Assembly: GCA_964517845.1 (NCBI GenBank)
Contig: CAZFCQ010000016.1
Coordinates: 1 to 30,191 of the forward strand
Direction of reading: 5' to 3'
Source of the DNA: an uncultured Thermoprotei archaeon
GTDB taxonomy: Archaea; Thermoproteota; Thermoprotei; QMSL01; B3-G16
Length of the DNA: 30,191 bases
Part shown: positions 1-12,175 of the stretch, one piece after another
Layout: every line of letters begins with the position of its first letter
How positions within the stretch are numbered: the stretch's first letter is position 1
The notes under the pieces: model-generated
What the model was told of the DNA's origin: nothing
The model's input: the letters and a program-made list of their open reading frames with translations, nothing else
The model's database searches: none
Translations under genes and position numbers: made by a program

Positions 1-613
1 GTAGTTCAACCATTTCTCTAATCCTTTGCTTAGCCTCCTCAAGATCACCAATATCGTCATATGTAACTCTTGGGACTCTACCTACTTCGACAGGTTTCTC
101 GAAGACTATAAGCTCGGTATCTTCAGTTACAATAATTACTCCTGAGGGTCTTGTCTTAATTACTACAAAGGGTATAGGTTGACCTAAGACAGGAATTTGA
201 ACGTAATCGCCTTCACAAAGAGGATAATCAATAAGTCTCCTCTTAATGTAATTCACGAAATTACTATCCACAGAAAGTGTAATAGAAGCAGGAGCTAACT
301 TAATTATTGATGCAGGTTTAACATCAGCTTTCCTAACTATAACTCTATCGCCGATACTAACACCAGCATTTCTTCTAGTAATTCCATCCATTCTAATTAT
401 ATCAAGTCCTTGGTCTTCAGTATAAGCTGGCCATACTACTGCCGCTGTACGCCTTTTACCTATTATCTCTACTACATCTCCAACAGTTATTCCTAACTTG
501 TTCATGATCTCAGGAGGTATCCTAACTTTACCTCTACCTACATCTCTCTGCTTTGCTTCTGCTACACGAAGTCTAATTTCAGGCCTTCTTCCTCTGCCTC
601 TCTTTTCTGGCAT
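1..613 (-). CDS. cdc48: AAA+ ATPase CDC48/VAT, N-terminal domain portion (gene continues past the window start)
   Basis: Manual minus-strand translation from ATG (complement of 611-613) gives MPEKRGRGRRPEIRLRVAEAKQRDVGRGKVRIPPEIMNKLGITVGDVVEIIGKRRTAAVVWPAY...RMDGITRRNAGVSIGD...VTYDDIGDLEEAKQRIREMVEL. This is the typical CDC48/VAT double-psi barrel N domain leading into the D1 ATPase. It is open to position 1 and absent from the ORF track because it is truncated. Confidence 0.8.
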   Translation of the reverse strand, partial: MPEKRGRGRRPEIRLRVAEAKQRDVGRGKVRIPPEIMNKLGITVGDVVEIIGKRRTAAVVWPAYTEDQGLDIIRMDGITRRNAGVSIGDRVIVRKADVKPASIIKLAPASITLSVDSNFVNYIKRRLIDYPLCEGDYVQIPVLGQPIPFVVIKTRPSGVIIVTEDTELIVFEKPVEVGRVPRVTYDDIGDLEEAKQRIREMVEL

Positions 614-769
614 TTGTATAACCCCACATTTTACTACACATACTCCTCTAAAAATCCATCTCTCCTGTTTCTATACGCTACCTCTCGACTTCTTAATAGC
701 TCTCGAAAGTTATCTTGTACTTCTAAAAATAGGTGTGAGGATTTATATTTATCGTACTTCACCTTATAA

Positions 770-1042
770 TTAACTAATCCTTGTAACATACTCTCCTTCA
801 AGCTGGCTAACCTCTTCAATAGATGAAATAATCTCCTCTATCCTGCTAGTACCTCCTTCGTAATCTTCAGGTAAAAGTATGTAGACTCTGAGTAATTTTA
901 TGCCAAAGCCAACTTCTTCGATTTCATGCTTAGCAAGCTTACATTCACTTGGTAATTTTTCGCTGATCTTTCTACTAAGCTGTTCTAAGTCTATTTCTAT
1001 ACTTTTAGGGTATATTTTGAATACAGCCATAACCTTAGCCAT
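770..1042 (-). CDS. ef1b: translation elongation factor aEF-1 beta
   Basis: 90 aa, MAKVMAVFKIYPKSIEIDLEQL...GFGIKLLRVYILLPEDYEGG. The size and motifs fit archaeal EF-1beta. It is adjacent to its usual Zn-ribbon partner. Confidence 0.88.
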   Translation of the reverse strand: MAKVMAVFKIYPKSIEIDLEQLSRKISEKLPSECKLAKHEIEEVGFGIKLLRVYILLPEDYEGGTSRIEEIISSIEEVSQLEGEYVTRIS

Positions 1043-1228
1043 TTAAGGTCCCTCAAACCCACATTTAGGACATCTATAAGATATAACTAACTTACGACAT
1101 TTAGAGCAACGCCAAATGATTATTTCACCACAATTTGGACAAGGAAATCTAACTCCCCTTTCACTTGGCAGTATGGGTTTCCTACATGAGGAGCATATAG
1201 GTAACCTTAGTTCAGACATGATCTTCAC
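1043..1228 (-). CDS. small Zn-ribbon protein (four CxxC pairs), of the type usually found upstream of aEF-1beta
   Basis: 61 aa with CSSC...CPNC...CSKC...CPKC. It abuts the EF-1beta start and overlaps the upstream gene's stop (ATGA). Confidence 0.75.
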   Translation of the reverse strand: MKIMSELRLPICSSCRKPILPSERGVRFPCPNCGEIIIWRCSKCRKLVISYRCPKCGFEGP

Positions 1229-2460
1229 CTGATGAAAGACAGAAGGAATCTTATAAGAATTCCCTTATAAATATCACTATCGAGATTTTTGATAAGTTTA
1301 AATAATAGTTTAATACCTGCTCTTGTTAAAGCACTAGCATGAAAATCAAAGCTACTAGAACTGACAAGTTCCCTGACTATCTCGTCACACTCATCACCTA
1401 TCTTAATTAAGTCCGCATTAGAAAGAGTATCAAAAAAGTTTCTGAAAACTCTTCCTATCCTTATCTCTCTCCCAAAAATAGAGTACCATCTTCTCTCATA
1501 TAATGCACTTAATGGTTCCTTATATTCAAAGTATCTAATAATAGCCTCTCCGAGCATTATAGCACCTAATCCCCCATAGTATAGTCCACCACCTGTAGTA
1601 AGCTTATTTTGACCAGCAGCATCCCCTACTAAAACCACTCTCCTTTTCTGAACGAACCTCTTTAAGGGTCCATCTATATTAATTAACCCACTCATTACTC
1701 TTATTCTGCTAGCACCTTCAATTTTCACACGTACATCATCAATGTCCTTGAAGTTACTAAACCTCTCACCTATGTTTTTATCTGAGGCAAGTCCAATGCG
1801 TACTATTTTATTACCTAGAGGTATTGCCCATCCAAAAAATCTCCTTGAAAGCTTTTTATCGAGATATATATCTACGTTGTCTTCATCTAAGAAGTCTATA
1901 CTACAATCTCCATAATCCTCTTGAATTCCTATAAGTGGCTTACTTTCAACTCTCAGTATTGATTTAGTAATCCGTCTACATAATCCCTCACTTAACACTA
2001 ATAATCTGCTCTTGAATGTCACTTTATTATCATTATATAGTGCTAAGATCTTCACATAATCATTTTTGACATTAATTTTTAATGCTCTACATGAAGTAAG
2101 GACTTGAGCACCTACATCTAAAGCTTCTCTGTATAGTTCTTTATCAAAAGCAATCCTATCTATTACCAAAGCATTAATCCTTGGACTTCTTATCTCCCAT
2201 GTAGTTCCGTTAGGAAAGTGTACTTTAGCCCTCTTAATCCTGTTCAGTACGATTTTATGAAGATTCGCTATCCTAAGTTCCTTAAGGCACCTTAGACTTA
2301 CTAGACCTGCACAATGTTGAGGCCTTCCTATCTCTTTATGTTCTTCTAAAACTAAGACATCAAGGCCTGCCTTAGCTATTTCCCTAGCTGTTATAAGACC
2401 ACAAGGTCCTCCACCTATCACTATAACGCTATATGTCTTTAAATTCAACTTTAAGTCCAC
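1225..2460 (-). CDS. FAD-dependent oxidoreductase, geranylgeranyl reductase family
   Basis: 411 aa. N-terminal Rossmann dinucleotide motif [29 protein letters not shown] followed by HCAGLVS, and a later VLVGDAAGQ motif typical of GGR/FixC-like flavoproteins. Confidence 0.7.
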   Translation of the reverse strand: MDLKLNLKTYSVIVIGGGPCGLITAREIAKAGLDVLVLEEHKEIGRPQHCAGLVSLRCLKELRIANLHKIVLNRIKRAKVHFPNGTTWEIRSPRINALVIDRIAFDKELYREALDVGAQVLTSCRALKINVKNDYVKILALYNDNKVTFKSRLLVLSEGLCRRITKSILRVESKPLIGIQEDYGDCSIDFLDEDNVDIYLDKKLSRRFFGWAIPLGNKIVRIGLASDKNIGERFSNFKDIDDVRVKIEGASRIRVMSGLINIDGPLKRFVQKRRVVLVGDAAGQNKLTTGGGLYYGGLGAIMLGEAIIRYFEYKEPLSALYERRWYSIFGREIRIGRVFRNFFDTLSNADLIKIGDECDEIVRELVSSSSFDFHASALTRAGIKLLFKLIKNLDSDIYKGILIRFLLSFIR

Positions 2461-2475
2461 CTACGATTAATATTT

Positions 2476-2859
2476 ATGAGTATGGGATTGCCTAAAAGTA
2501 TAGAGATGAAATATAAGCAAGTTCTCATACTACGGGCTGACTTACACATGAGTCCTGGTAAAGCTGCAGCTCAAGCAGCTCATGCAGCAGTCTCAGCTCT
2601 TGAAATCGCTAGAAAAACTAAACCAGAATGGGTTAAGGCATGGCTGAACGAGGGACAAAGAAAGATAGTATTAAAAGTCAAAAGTAAGGATGAAATAGTC
2701 CAGCTTAAAAAAGAGGCCGATTTAAGGGGCCTTCCTAATGCTATAATAGAAGATATGGGATTAACGGAATTACCGCCTGGTACTATTACAGCATTAGGAA
2801 TAGGCCCTGCTCCTGCAGATCTAATAGACCCTCTAACACGTCATTTAAAACTTTATTAA
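2476..2859 (+). CDS. pth2: peptidyl-tRNA hydrolase, archaeal type (Pth2)
   Basis: KQVLILRADLHMSPGKAAAQAAHAAV...LPNAIIEDMGLTELPPGTITALGIGPAP is a Pth2 signature. The real start may be the third ATG at 2506 (MKYKQV...), which gives the usual ~117 aa. Confidence 0.85.
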   Translation: MSMGLPKSIEMKYKQVLILRADLHMSPGKAAAQAAHAAVSALEIARKTKPEWVKAWLNEGQRKIVLKVKSKDEIVQLKKEADLRGLPNAIIEDMGLTELPPGTITALGIGPAPADLIDPLTRHLKLY

Positions 2860-2875
2860 AAATGAAGTACAAGCT

Positions 2876-4243
2876 ATGCCTCTTAAATCCTTTTCTGAGC
2901 TTGATATGCTATTGGGAATGGAATGTTACGCTACTTCTTCTCCCCCTATACCTGGTATTATTCGCCTCAAGTTAGATGATTTTCAAGTTTTTGAAGTTGA
3001 TGAACGAGGCATCACTGTTAGAAGGTATGATATGTTAAGACAGTTTTATAGTAACATGGCTGGTCTCTATTCTTTATTTCTCCTAGAGAAGAAAGGACTT
3101 TCACATTACGAAGCAGTACGTATTATATGTAATTTACTTAATGTAGACTCAAGAAGCCTGAGTTTCTCAGGTATTAAGGATACACGTGCACATACGTGGC
3201 AGCTTTTCTCTGTAAGAGGTTATAGAAAGGAATGGAATAATTTTGATAAATTGCTATGCTTTTCTAAGGAACGTTTCCTAAGAGTTAGCTTCATTTCACG
3301 CTATCCATGGAGGCTTTACCCAGGCTGTAATAAAGGAAACTTATTCCATGTTGTAATAAGGAGAATACCTTCCTCTTCATGTATCGTATCACTTAGTAAA
3401 ATTCTTTCTGAGTTAAGAGAACTAGGAGGGATTCCTAACTTCTACGGTTATCAACGATTCGGTACAATTCGCCCAAATACACATATCATAGGCAAATATG
3501 TATTGTTAGGTAATTACAAGTCCGCAACTAAGGAGATCCTTACTTCAATCTATCCTTATGAAAGTGAGATTGCTAAGAAAGCTAGAGCCTATCTTAAGGC
3601 TACTTGGGACTTGAGAGGAGCTCTTAGGATATTTCCTAAATCTTTGTCTTATGAAAGGTTAATATTGAATTACCTAATAAAGCATCCTAACAAGTATGAA
3701 AGGTGCTTTTGTGTTCTGCCTAAGTGGCTTAGAGGTATGTTTATAGAAGCTTATCAATCATATCTCTTCAATAGAATCTTAAGTAAAAGGCTTTTACTTG
3801 GAATTTCTCTTAAGGACGTCATAGATGGGGATCTAGTGTATTTAACACATAAAGATGCTATTATTACTGCTACATCGAGCAATATATCTTATCTCCAAAA
3901 ACTTGTAGACCTAGAAAGAGGAGTTATATGTCAAAGAATCATAGGTTTCGATTATAAATTCCATAATTCCTTCATTGGAGAAATTGAAAGAGAGATTCTA
4001 GAGGAAGAAGGAATTAGTCCTTCTCACTTTTATAGTATTTCCCGATTCTTCCCTAGATTAAGAGGAGGATATAGAAAGATAACTCAATATGACTTTAGAA
4101 TAAAGATAACTACTCTCTTGGATGATGCGTTTCCTAGCTTTATTAAAGCCAAACTTGAGTTTTTCCTTGAAAAAGGCTTTTATGCTACGTCTTTCCTAAG
4201 GGAGATTATTAAGTCTGGAAATCCTATAAAAAGCGGCTTTTAA
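2876..4243 (+). CDS. truD: tRNA pseudouridine synthase TruD/Pus7 family
   Basis: 455 aa with DDFQVFEV near the N-terminus, the catalytic-Asp motif GIKDTRAHTWQ, and NFYGYQRFG. Confidence 0.85.
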   Translation: MPLKSFSELDMLLGMECYATSSPPIPGIIRLKLDDFQVFEVDERGITVRRYDMLRQFYSNMAGLYSLFLLEKKGLSHYEAVRIICNLLNVDSRSLSFSGIKDTRAHTWQLFSVRGYRKEWNNFDKLLCFSKERFLRVSFISRYPWRLYPGCNKGNLFHVVIRRIPSSSCIVSLSKILSELRELGGIPNFYGYQRFGTIRPNTHIIGKYVLLGNYKSATKEILTSIYPYESEIAKKARAYLKATWDLRGALRIFPKSLSYERLILNYLIKHPNKYERCFCVLPKWLRGMFIEAYQSYLFNRILSKRLLLGISLKDVIDGDLVYLTHKDAIITATSSNISYLQKLVDLERGVICQRIIGFDYKFHNSFIGEIEREILEEEGISPSHFYSISRFFPRLRGGYRKITQYDFRIKITTLLDDAFPSFIKAKLEFFLEKGFYATSFLREIIKSGNPIKSGF

Positions 4244-4263
4244 TGTAGTGTATTGGGTAAGAG

Positions 4264-4270
4264 TTTTATA
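4264..4270 (+). promoter_or_regulatory. TATA box candidate for tRNA-Lys
   Basis: TTTTATA ends about 29 nt upstream of the mature tRNA 5' end at 4300. Confidence 0.45.
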
Positions 4271-4299
4271 GGTGAGAACTTATCATCTAAACAGATGAG

Positions 4300-4373
4300 G
4301 GGCCGGTAGCTCAGCCAGGTAGAGCGCTGGGCTTTTAACCCAGTGGTCCCGGGTTCGAATCCCGGCCGGCCCG
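4300..4373 (+). tRNA. tRNA-Lys (anticodon UUU), intronless, CCA not encoded
   Basis: Hand-folded cloverleaf. Acceptor GGGCCGG/CCGGCCC, D stem GCTC/GAGC, anticodon stem CTGGG/CCCAG with loop CTTTTAA, T arm CCGGG-TTCGAAT-CCCGG, discriminator G. 74 nt, GC-rich against an AT-rich background. Confidence 0.95.
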
Positions 4374-4610
4374 CCTTCATTATCATCGGGAAGTTCTAGC
4401 AAAGCTTAAGTTTTCACAAACTGCTTCTAATAGAATTAATTAATGATGACTAATGCTTTATAAAAGTGACTTGGGCATGGAGATCTATAAAGTCCATTCT
4501 ATATTCATATTATATCTCTTTAGGAATTATTATTCAATAGTAATTAGGGAGGCTCAAAAGTCCTGTCTATTTACATAAGTCAAACATTGAGTTCCTTCCT
4601 TAACGATAGT

Positions 4611-4621
4611 AAAATTTATAT
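4611..4621 (+). promoter_or_regulatory. TATA box candidate for the rpoH-rpoB-rpoA operon
   Basis: AAAATTTATAT about 55 nt upstream of the rpoH ATG. It is the only strong TATA-like element close to the operon start. Confidence 0.4.
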
Positions 4622-4676
4622 CAATCAATCTTGAGTGTGGTATTAGCACATTTAGAGAACTTCTTAGCGTGAAATC

Positions 4677-4919
4677 ATGCCTAAAAAGTTTAATATATTC
4701 GATCATGTATTGGTGCCTAAGCATATACTTCTTAGTAAAGAGGAAGCCAAGGAGGTTCTGGAAAAATTAGGCATAGAGCCATGGCAATTACCCTGGATTA
4801 AAGCCTCAGATCCCGCAGCTCGTGCTTTAGGTGCCAAACCCGGTGATATAATCAAGATAATTAGAAAAAGTCCTACTGCTGGAGAGACTGTAGCCTATAG
4901 GTATGTAGTACCTGGATAA
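4677..4919 (+). CDS. rpoH: DNA-directed RNA polymerase subunit H (Rpo5)
   Basis: 80 aa, [26 protein letters not shown]...[33 protein letters not shown]...YRYVV. Sits in the canonical position ahead of rpoB. Confidence 0.92.
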   Translation: MPKKFNIFDHVLVPKHILLSKEEAKEVLEKLGIEPWQLPWIKASDPAARALGAKPGDIIKIIRKSPTAGETVAYRYVVPG

Positions 4920-4938
4920 GATTAAGAGGTGGTATAGA

Positions 4939-7900
4939 TTGAGTAATATAAGTATAGATGATAGATGGTTCTTACTTGAGACTTTCATAAAAGAACATGG
5001 TTTAGTTAGACAACATCTGGATAGCTATAATGATTTTATAGAAAGACGCCTACAGGAGATAATTAATGAGCAGGGAGTCATAGAAACAGATATACCTAAT
5101 TATTATGTTAAGTTAGGAAAAATCAGAATAGGTAAGCCTAGAGTAAGAGAGGCAGATGGTTCTGAAAACGAAATCTTGCCCCTAGAAGCGCGTTTAAGGA
5201 ATCTAACATATGCTGCTCCAATATATCTAACTATGATCCCTGTCATAAATGGTGAAGAGAGAGAACCTATTGAAGTGTATATAGGCCAAATACCAATAAT
5301 GGTTAAGTCTGTAAAGTGTACCTTATACGGAATGAGTGAAGAGGAGTTAATGGCTGTAGGTGAAGATCCTAGGGATCCAGGTGGTTATTTTATAATAAAT
5401 GGATCCGAAAGGGTACTAGTAGCTCAAGAAGATTTAGCTATCAATAGAGTCCTAGTTGATAAAGGTGGTGCAAGTTCATCAGTAGCTTACACAGCTAAGG
5501 TTTTTTCAGCTACAAGCTCTGTACGAGTTCCAGTTACAGTAGAAATGCTAAAAAATGGCGTACTTTACGTATCCTTCCCTGCTATACCTGAACGTATCCC
5601 CTTTGCAATTATGATGAAAGCATTAGGATTTGAAAGTGACAGAGAGATAGTACTTGCTGTTAGTGACAATCCTGAAATACAAGAAGAACTTATTCCTACA
5701 TTAATGCAGGCTACTTCAATAAAGAACTCCGAAGACGCTCTCAACTACATTGGTAGTAGAGTTGCTATAGGTCAGACTAGAGAGTATAGAATCCAGAGGG
5801 CAGAACAAATTATAGATCGTTATTTCTTACCACATTTGGGTAGTACAAAGGAGGCGCGAAGAGCTAAAGGATATTATTTAGGTCAAATGGCTGAAAAACT
5901 CATAGAATTAGCATTAGGTAGACGTCTCCCAGATGATAAGGATCATTATGCTAATAAAAGACTTAAGCTAGCAGGGGATCTTTTAGCTCAACTATTTCGT
6001 GTAGCTTTTAGAACATTCTGTAATGATGTACGCTATCAACTTGAAAGACTTAAAAGTAGGAATAGAACCATTAACCTAGCTACAGTTGTTAGAGCTGATG
6101 TAATTACTGAGCGCTTAAGACATGCACTTGCTACAGGTAATTGGGTAGGCGGGAGAGCTGGAGTCAGTCAATTATTGGATAGAACTAACTATTTGTCAAC
6201 ATTAAGTCATCTACGTCGTGTGGTCTCTCCTCTAAGTAGAAGTCAGCCGCACTTTGAAGCAAGAGATCTACATCCAACACAGTGGGGAAGATTATGTCCA
6301 AATGAAAGCCCCGAGGGGCAAAATTGTGGCTTAGTTAAGAATCTGGCATTAATGGCTAGAATTACTGTAGGTACTGATGAAAAATCAGTACATGCAATAC
6401 TGGAGAAATTAGGGGTAATTCGAATTGATATTGCTCGTATGAAGGGTATTAAAGGTACAAAAGTATTCCTTAACGGTACATTGATTGGTGTTCATCTTAA
6501 GCCTGAAAAATTAGTTAAGGAGATAAGGCGGTTAAGAAGGCGAGGTCAATTAAGTTATGAAGTTAACATAGCTCATTACAGAACAAAGTATATTGATGAG
6601 ATATATGTAAATTGTGATGCTGGTAGGATCCAAAGGCCCCTTCTTGTTGTAGAAAATTGTGAACTTAAAATAAAGCCTGAACACATAGAGAAAGTACGAA
6701 AAGGAGAATGGGGCTGGTATGACTTAATCAAACGTGGTCTAATAGAGTACCTTGATGCAGAAGAGGAAGAAAACGCATATATAGCAATAAATCCTGAGGA
6801 TATAACGCCTAAGGTAACCCATGTAGAACTTGTACCTAGTGCTATATTAGGTGTCGTTGCCTCGATAATACCTTATGCAGAACATAATCAATCTCCACGT
6901 AACTCATATGAAGCGGCTATGGGTAAACAGGCTTTAGGTATACCCCTAATTAATTTCCGATACTATCTTGACTCTAGAATGCATTTACTTCACTATCCTC
7001 AAACTCCGCTAGTACAGACTCGAGGACTAAAGCTTATAGGATATGCAGAAAGACCTGCTGGTCAAAATATGATTGTTATGGTAAGTACTTGGGGAGGATA
7101 CAATATAGAAGACGCTATAATAATGAATAAAGCATCTATAGAACGTGGTTTGGCAAGATCCACCTTCTTTAGGACGTATGAAGCTGAAGAAAGAAAATAT
7201 CCTGGAGGAGAAGAAGATCATATAGAGATACCTGAACCTACCGTCAGAGGATATAGAGCATCTGAAGCCTATATACACTTAGGAGAAGATGGTATAGTTG
7301 AACCTGAAGCTTTCGTTTCAGGTGGAGAAGTATTAATAGGGAGAACCTCACCACCAAGATTCCTCGAAGAATATAGAACATTTGAGATGGCTAGTACTAG
7401 AAGAGATACATCAGTTAGTATGAGACACGGCGAACGTGGAGTTGTAGACTTAGTTCTAATAACTGAAAATGTTGATGGTAATAAACTCATCAAAGTACGC
7501 GTTCGTGATTTAAGAATACCCGAATTAGGAGACAAATTCGCATCACGACACGGTCAGAAGGGAGTAATAGGTATGATCGTTCCATTAGAGGATCTACCCT
7601 TTACAGAAGAGGGAATAGTTCCGGACTTAATAATAAACCCTCACGCTATTCCATCTCGAATGACACTAGGGCAGCTTCTTGAATCCTTAGGTGGTAAAGT
7701 TGCAGCTCTCTCTGGACGCTTCGTAGACGGCACCCCCTTCTGTGGTGAGAATGAAGAGAGCCTACGAAGAGAATTGTTAAAATTAGGATATCGGCCTGAT
7801 GGAAAGGAAACTATGTATGATGGAGTAACCGGAGAATTACTAGAGGTTCCTATATTTATAGGTATAGTTTACTATCAAAAGCTACACCATATGGTAGCTG

Positions 7901-8277
7901 ATAAAATGCACGCCAGGGCTAGAGGTCCTGTGCAGATATTAACTAGACAGCCTACAGAAGGAAGAGCTCGAGAAGGAGGGCTTAGATTCGGAGAAATGGA
8001 ACGTGATACATTAATAGGACATGGTGCTTCAGTACTACTAAGAGAACGTCTTTTTGAACAGAGCGATAAATATCTAGTTTATATATGCAACAAGTGTGGT
8101 ATGATCGGCTGGTATGATAGAAAGCGTGATAAACTTATTTGCCCAATACATGGAGACAAAGGAGATTTGCATCCGGTTGAAGTCTCTTACGCCTTCAAGT
8201 TATTACTACAGGAATTAATGAGCATGTGCATATATCCAAAGTTAATACTAGGTGATATTACTGAGGTGAGTAAGTAA
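4939..8277 (+). CDS. rpoB: DNA-directed RNA polymerase subunit B (Rpo2), unsplit
   Basis: 1112 aa with [36 protein letters not shown] and a C-terminal Zn ribbon CNKCG...CPIHG. TTG start lies 5 nt after the SD GAGGTGGT. Confidence 0.97.
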   Translation: MSNISIDDRWFLLETFIKEHGLVRQHLDSYNDFIERRLQEIINEQGVIETDIPNYYVKLGKIRIGKPRVREADGSENEILPLEARLRNLTYAAPIYLTMIPVINGEEREPIEVYIGQIPIMVKSVKCTLYGMSEEELMAVGEDPRDPGGYFIINGSERVLVAQEDLAINRVLVDKGGASSSVAYTAKVFSATSSVRVPVTVEMLKNGVLYVSFPAIPERIPFAIMMKALGFESDREIVLAVSDNPEIQEELIPTLMQATSIKNSEDALNYIGSRVAIGQTREYRIQRAEQIIDRYFLPHLGSTKEARRAKGYYLGQMAEKLIELALGRRLPDDKDHYANKRLKLAGDLLAQLFRVAFRTFCNDVRYQLERLKSRNRTINLATVVRADVITERLRHALATGNWVGGRAGVSQLLDRTNYLSTLSHLRRVVSPLSRSQPHFEARDLHPTQWGRLCPNESPEGQNCGLVKNLALMARITVGTDEKSVHAILEKLGVIRIDIARMKGIKGTKVFLNGTLIGVHLKPEKLVKEIRRLRRRGQLSYEVNIAHYRTKYIDEIYVNCDAGRIQRPLLVVENCELKIKPEHIEKVRKGEWGWYDLIKRGLIEYLDAEEEENAYIAINPEDITPKVTHVELVPSAILGVVASIIPYAEHNQSPRNSYEAAMGKQALGIPLINFRYYLDSRMHLLHYPQTPLVQTRGLKLIGYAERPAGQNMIVMVSTWGGYNIEDAIIMNKASIERGLARSTFFRTYEAEERKYPGGEEDHIEIPEPTVRGYRASEAYIHLGEDGIVEPEAFVSGGEVLIGRTSPPRFLEEYRTFEMASTRRDTSVSMRHGERGVVDLVLITENVDGNKLIKVRVRDLRIPELGDKFASRHGQKGVIGMIVPLEDLPFTEEGIVPDLIINPHAIPSRMTLGQLLESLGGKVAALSGRFVDGTPFCGENEESLRRELLKLGYRPDGKETMYDGVTGELLEVPIFIGIVYYQKLHHMVADKMHARARGPVQILTRQPTEGRAREGGLRFGEMERDTLIGHGASVLLRERLFEQSDKYLVYICNKCGMIGWYDRKRDKLICPIHGDKGDLHPVEVSYAFKLLLQELMSMCIYPKLILGDITEVSK

Positions 8278-10940
8278 TGTCATTAATGAATACACTTAAG
8301 AAGATAAAGGCAATAGAATTCGGATTTTTAAATCCTGACGTAATACGTAAGATGTCTGTAACTGCAATAATTACTGCAGACACCTATGACGAAGATGGTA
8401 TGCCCATAAGATCGGGATTAATGGATAGAAGATTAGGCACTATAGAACCTGGAGTTAGATGCGAAACTTGTGGAAATCCCGTGGGTTTATGTCCAGGACA
8501 TTTTGGACACATAGAACTTGCTAGACCTGTTATTCATGTAGAATTCGTAAAAGTAATTCATCAGCTACTTAGAGCTACATGTAGAAGATGTGGTCGTTTG
8601 TTAATATCCGAAAGTGAGCTAGAAAAGTATCGAGAAAGAATGGATCGATATCAGAAAAGATGGAGAGCCCTTAGTGCTAAATTAGCGGAAGTTATATTAA
8701 AGAAAGCTATAGACACGCCAGAATGTCCTCATTGTCATGCTAAGCAGTATAAAATAAAACTAGAGAAACCTACTACATTTTATGAAGAGCGCGAAGAAGG
8801 TCTAGTTAGACTTCTACCTACTGAAATACGCGAACGTCTTGAGAGAATACCTGATGAAGATCTTAAACTCGTAGGGATAAATCCTGAGAATGCTAGACCA
8901 GAATGGTTTATCTTAACAGTACTACCTGTCCCACCTGTTACTGTTCGTCCATCCATAACCTTAGAGTCGGGAGTACGTTCAGAAGATGATTTAACACACA
9001 AATTAGTTGATATTATAAGAATCAATGAACGACTTCGTGAAAATATTGAAGCAGGAGCCCCCCAACCTATAATAGAGGATCTATGGGAGCTACTTCAATA
9101 TCACGTTACTACATACTTTGATAATGAAGTGCCTGGTATACCCCCTGCTAGACATCGTTCAGGAAGACCATTAAGAACATTAGCACAAAGACTAAAAGGA
9201 AAAGAAGGCAGATTTAGAGGAAGTCTCTCAGGTAAACGTGTTGATTTCTCTGCACGTACTGTAATTTCACCAGATCCTAACCTAAGTATAAATGAAGTTG
9301 GAGTGCCTGTAGATATCGCTAAGATATTAACTGTACCTGAAAGAGTAACTGAATGGAACTTAGAAGAAATGAGACAGCTTGTAATAAATGGTCCATTCAA
9401 ATATCCAGGAGCTAACTACATAATAAGACCTGACGGTAGACGTATAGACTTAAGATTTCCTAAAGATAGAAAAGCACTTGCTGAAGCTTTAAAACCAGGA
9501 TACATGGTTGAACGTCACTTAAAGGATGGAGACATAGTGCTCTTTAATAGACAACCATCTCTTCATAGGATGTCTATGATGGCACATAAGGTCCGTGTCT
9601 TGCCTTATAGAACATTTAGACTAAATCTATTAGTATGTCCACCTTACAACGCTGATTTCGATGGTGATGAAATGAATTTGCACGTCCCCCAAAGTGAAGA
9701 AGCACGTGCTGAAGCACGTATATTAATGCTAGTCCAAGAGCAAATACTCTCTCCGAGATATGGTGGCCCAATAATGGGTGCAATTCATGACTATATAACT
9801 GCTGCATATTTGCTAACCTCTAAGAGTACTCTACTTGATAGGGAAAAAGCATCGCAACTATTAATGGCCGGTAATTATAAAGGGGAGTTACCAGAGCCTG
9901 CTATAATGAAGCCTAGGGAACTTTGGACTGGAAAGCAAATCTTCAGTGTGTTTCTCTTTAAAGGGCTAAACTATACATCACGTGCAAACATATGCTTAAA
10001 GTGCTTCACTTGTCTGAAGGAGAAATGTCCTATAGATGCTTATGTAGTAATTAGAGATGGTAAACTTATAATGGGAGTAATAGATAAAGCTAGTATTGGT
10101 GCTGAGAAAACTGAGTCTCTCCTTCATAAGATAGTTAAAATTTATGGCACTGATAAAGCTAGAATGTTCATGGACACTTGCTTTAGAATGCTACTTTACT
10201 TCTTAGATAGACATGGCTTCACAATGGGATTGGATAGCTTAGATCTGCCTAAGGAAGCACTAAATGAGATAGAACAGATATTCTCTAGAGCAGATGAAAG
10301 AGTTAGTGAATTAATAAAAGAGTACCATTCTGGGAAGCTTGAATCTCAGCCAGGTAAAACCTTAGAGGAGACCCTTGAATTAAGAATTATCGAGGTATTA
10401 GCTGAAGCTAGAGATGAGGCAGGTAGAATCGCTAGTAAGTACATGGGTTTAGACAATGAGGTCCTCATAATGACGCAAAGTGGCGCTAGAGGAAATATAG
10501 TGAATGTAACGCAGATGAGTGCTTGTCTTGGACAACAACACTTAAGAGGCGAGCGTATACATAGAGGATATACTCAAAGACCACTACCTCACTTTGAACC
10601 TGGGGATCTTGGCATTGAAGCTCGAGGATTTGTCTTTAGCTCATTCAAAAAGGGCCTTAATCCAGTAGAGTTCTTCTTCCATGCAATGACTGGTAGGGAA
10701 GGACTAGTAGATACTGCAGTGCGCACTTCTCAGAGTGGCTACATGCAGAGAAGACTTATTAATGCATTGCAAGATGTACATGTAGAATACGATGAAACTG
10801 TAAGAACAGCTGAAGGTACTATAGTGCAATTCAAATATGGTGAAGATGGTGTAGATCCGGCTAGAAGCTATCATGGGAAAGCTATCTTATTAGATGATAT
10901 AATAGCTGAGGTGGTGAATAAGAGAGATGAGCGAAGCTAA
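8277..10940 (+). CDS. rpoA1: DNA-directed RNA polymerase subunit A' (Rpo1N)
   Basis: 887 aa with the Zn motifs CETCG...CPGHFGH and the active site [12 protein letters not shown]. The start overlaps the rpoB stop (TAATG). Confidence 0.97.
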   Translation: MSLMNTLKKIKAIEFGFLNPDVIRKMSVTAIITADTYDEDGMPIRSGLMDRRLGTIEPGVRCETCGNPVGLCPGHFGHIELARPVIHVEFVKVIHQLLRATCRRCGRLLISESELEKYRERMDRYQKRWRALSAKLAEVILKKAIDTPECPHCHAKQYKIKLEKPTTFYEEREEGLVRLLPTEIRERLERIPDEDLKLVGINPENARPEWFILTVLPVPPVTVRPSITLESGVRSEDDLTHKLVDIIRINERLRENIEAGAPQPIIEDLWELLQYHVTTYFDNEVPGIPPARHRSGRPLRTLAQRLKGKEGRFRGSLSGKRVDFSARTVISPDPNLSINEVGVPVDIAKILTVPERVTEWNLEEMRQLVINGPFKYPGANYIIRPDGRRIDLRFPKDRKALAEALKPGYMVERHLKDGDIVLFNRQPSLHRMSMMAHKVRVLPYRTFRLNLLVCPPYNADFDGDEMNLHVPQSEEARAEARILMLVQEQILSPRYGGPIMGAIHDYITAAYLLTSKSTLLDREKASQLLMAGNYKGELPEPAIMKPRELWTGKQIFSVFLFKGLNYTSRANICLKCFTCLKEKCPIDAYVVIRDGKLIMGVIDKASIGAEKTESLLHKIVKIYGTDKARMFMDTCFRMLLYFLDRHGFTMGLDSLDLPKEALNEIEQIFSRADERVSELIKEYHSGKLESQPGKTLEETLELRIIEVLAEARDEAGRIASKYMGLDNEVLIMTQSGARGNIVNVTQMSACLGQQHLRGERIHRGYTQRPLPHFEPGDLGIEARGFVFSSFKKGLNPVEFFFHAMTGREGLVDTAVRTSQSGYMQRRLINALQDVHVEYDETVRTAEGTIVQFKYGEDGVDPARSYHGKAILLDDIIAEVVNKRDERS

Positions 10941-12171
10941 GATTAAACTAGAAGAAATAGCCTCTCAAGAGTATATAATTAATAAAATTAAAGAACTAGA
11001 GAATAGATTGCCTAATTCTCTATTAGAAGAGCTAAAAGAAAAATTAGTTAAAAGTGACCTTAAACTAACTAAAAAAGAAGTTGAAGAAATTTTAGAAAGA
11101 GTAGTTACAGAGTATGAAGAATCGCTTGTAGAGCCAGGAGAAGCTGTAGGTACAGTAGCTGCACAGTCGATAGGAGAGCCTAGCACACAAATGACTCTAA
11201 GAACTTTCCACTACGCAGGCGTTAGAGAATTCGATATAACACTAGGCCTTCCAAGGCTCATAGAGATTGTCGATGCTCGCAGAACCCCATCAACTCCTAT
11301 AATGACCATTTATTTAGATAAAGAGCATCGTTATGACAAAGAAAAAGCTATGGAAGTTGCTCAGAAGATCGAATACACCACTATAGAGAATGTAATAAAA
11401 AGCGTAGAACTAGACCTAGCCACATTCTCTATAATGCTTGAACTCGATCCCGATATGCTAGAAAATAAGGGCTTAACGGCAGATCGTATAGTACGAGCTT
11501 TACATAGACTTAAAGGTGAGGTACAAGTTAAAGAAAATATTATATACTTTACACCTAGCGATGTAACCGATCTAACTAAGTTAAGAAAAATTCGTGACCG
11601 AGTATTAGAACTTAAGCTTAAAGGTATTAAAGGCATAAAACGTGTGGTAATACGTAAAGAAAACAATGAATACATATTAGTTGCAGAAGGCAGTAACTTA
11701 GCTGCAGTATTAAACGTAGATGGAGTAGATCCCTCCCGTACTATGACTAATGATATACACGAAATAGCTGAAGTACTAGGCATAGAAGCTGCACGAAACG
11801 CTATAATGAATGAAATAATTAGAGTCCTTGAAGAACAGGGTCTTGACGTAGATATAAGACATATAATGCTAGTAGCAGATGTAATGACTGCTACTGGCAA
11901 AGTCAGGCAAATAGGAAGACATGGTGTTAGCGGTGAGAAAGAAAGTGTCCTTGCTAGAGCTGCATTCGAGGTGACCGTTAAACATCTAGTTGATGCAGCG
12001 GTCAAAGGGGCTATGGATGAACTCAAAGGAGTCGCAGAAAATGTTATTGTCGGTTCAAATTTAGTACCTGTTGGAAGTGGAATGGTAAGCCTATTAATGA
12101 GTATAAGACAATTACAAAAGGAAAATACTCTGAAAGATAAGACTTTAAGTGAACTTAAGGAAGGTGAGTAA
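10927..12171 (+). CDS. rpoA2: DNA-directed RNA polymerase subunit A'' (Rpo1C)
   Basis: 414 aa with [29 protein letters not shown] (trigger-loop region). Overlaps the rpoA1 end by 14 nt. Confidence 0.95.
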   Translation: MSEAKIKLEEIASQEYIINKIKELENRLPNSLLEELKEKLVKSDLKLTKKEVEEILERVVTEYEESLVEPGEAVGTVAAQSIGEPSTQMTLRTFHYAGVREFDITLGLPRLIEIVDARRTPSTPIMTIYLDKEHRYDKEKAMEVAQKIEYTTIENVIKSVELDLATFSIMLELDPDMLENKGLTADRIVRALHRLKGEVQVKENIIYFTPSDVTDLTKLRKIRDRVLELKLKGIKGIKRVVIRKENNEYILVAEGSNLAAVLNVDGVDPSRTMTNDIHEIAEVLGIEAARNAIMNEIIRVLEEQGLDVDIRHIMLVADVMTATGKVRQIGRHGVSGEKESVLARAAFEVTVKHLVDAAVKGAMDELKGVAENVIVGSNLVPVGSGMVSLLMSIRQLQKENTLKDKTLSELKEGE

Positions 12172-12175
12172 ATCT

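Noticed and set aside
498-773. 91-aa plus-strand ORF
   Set aside because: It lies antisense to the cdc48 5' end and leader. The sequence is low-complexity and hydrophobic or Leu/Ser/Pro-rich, as expected from the reverse frame of a real gene, and it has no SD.
634-819. 61-aa minus-strand ORF between aEF-1beta and cdc48
   Set aside because: Its first 50 nt overlap the EF-1beta coding end. There is no recognisable family and no SD at either Met. A TATA-like AAATATAAAT (complement of about 741-750) sits inside it and more plausibly serves cdc48. It is kept only as a weak possibility of a small basic protein.
4442-4495. C/D box sRNA-like string AAUGAUGA...GUGA...AUGGAGA on the plus strand
   Set aside because: There is no CUGA D box anywhere in the following 100 nt. 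The C to D' spacing is 16 nt rather than about 12, and there is no terminal stem.
7027-7535. Two antisense ORFs (83 and 88 aa) inside rpoB
   Set aside because: Reverse-frame artefacts of a long, highly conserved gene. They are Ser/Ile-rich with no start context.
8780-9807. Three antisense ORFs (63-99 aa) inside rpoA1
   Set aside because: Same reasoning; they fully overlap a certain CDS.
10965-12026. Antisense ORFs of 73 and 221 aa inside rpoA2
   Set aside because: The 221-aa frame is extremely Ser/Thr/Ile-rich, the typical shadow of a GAA/GAT/AAG-rich sense strand. It has no motifs.
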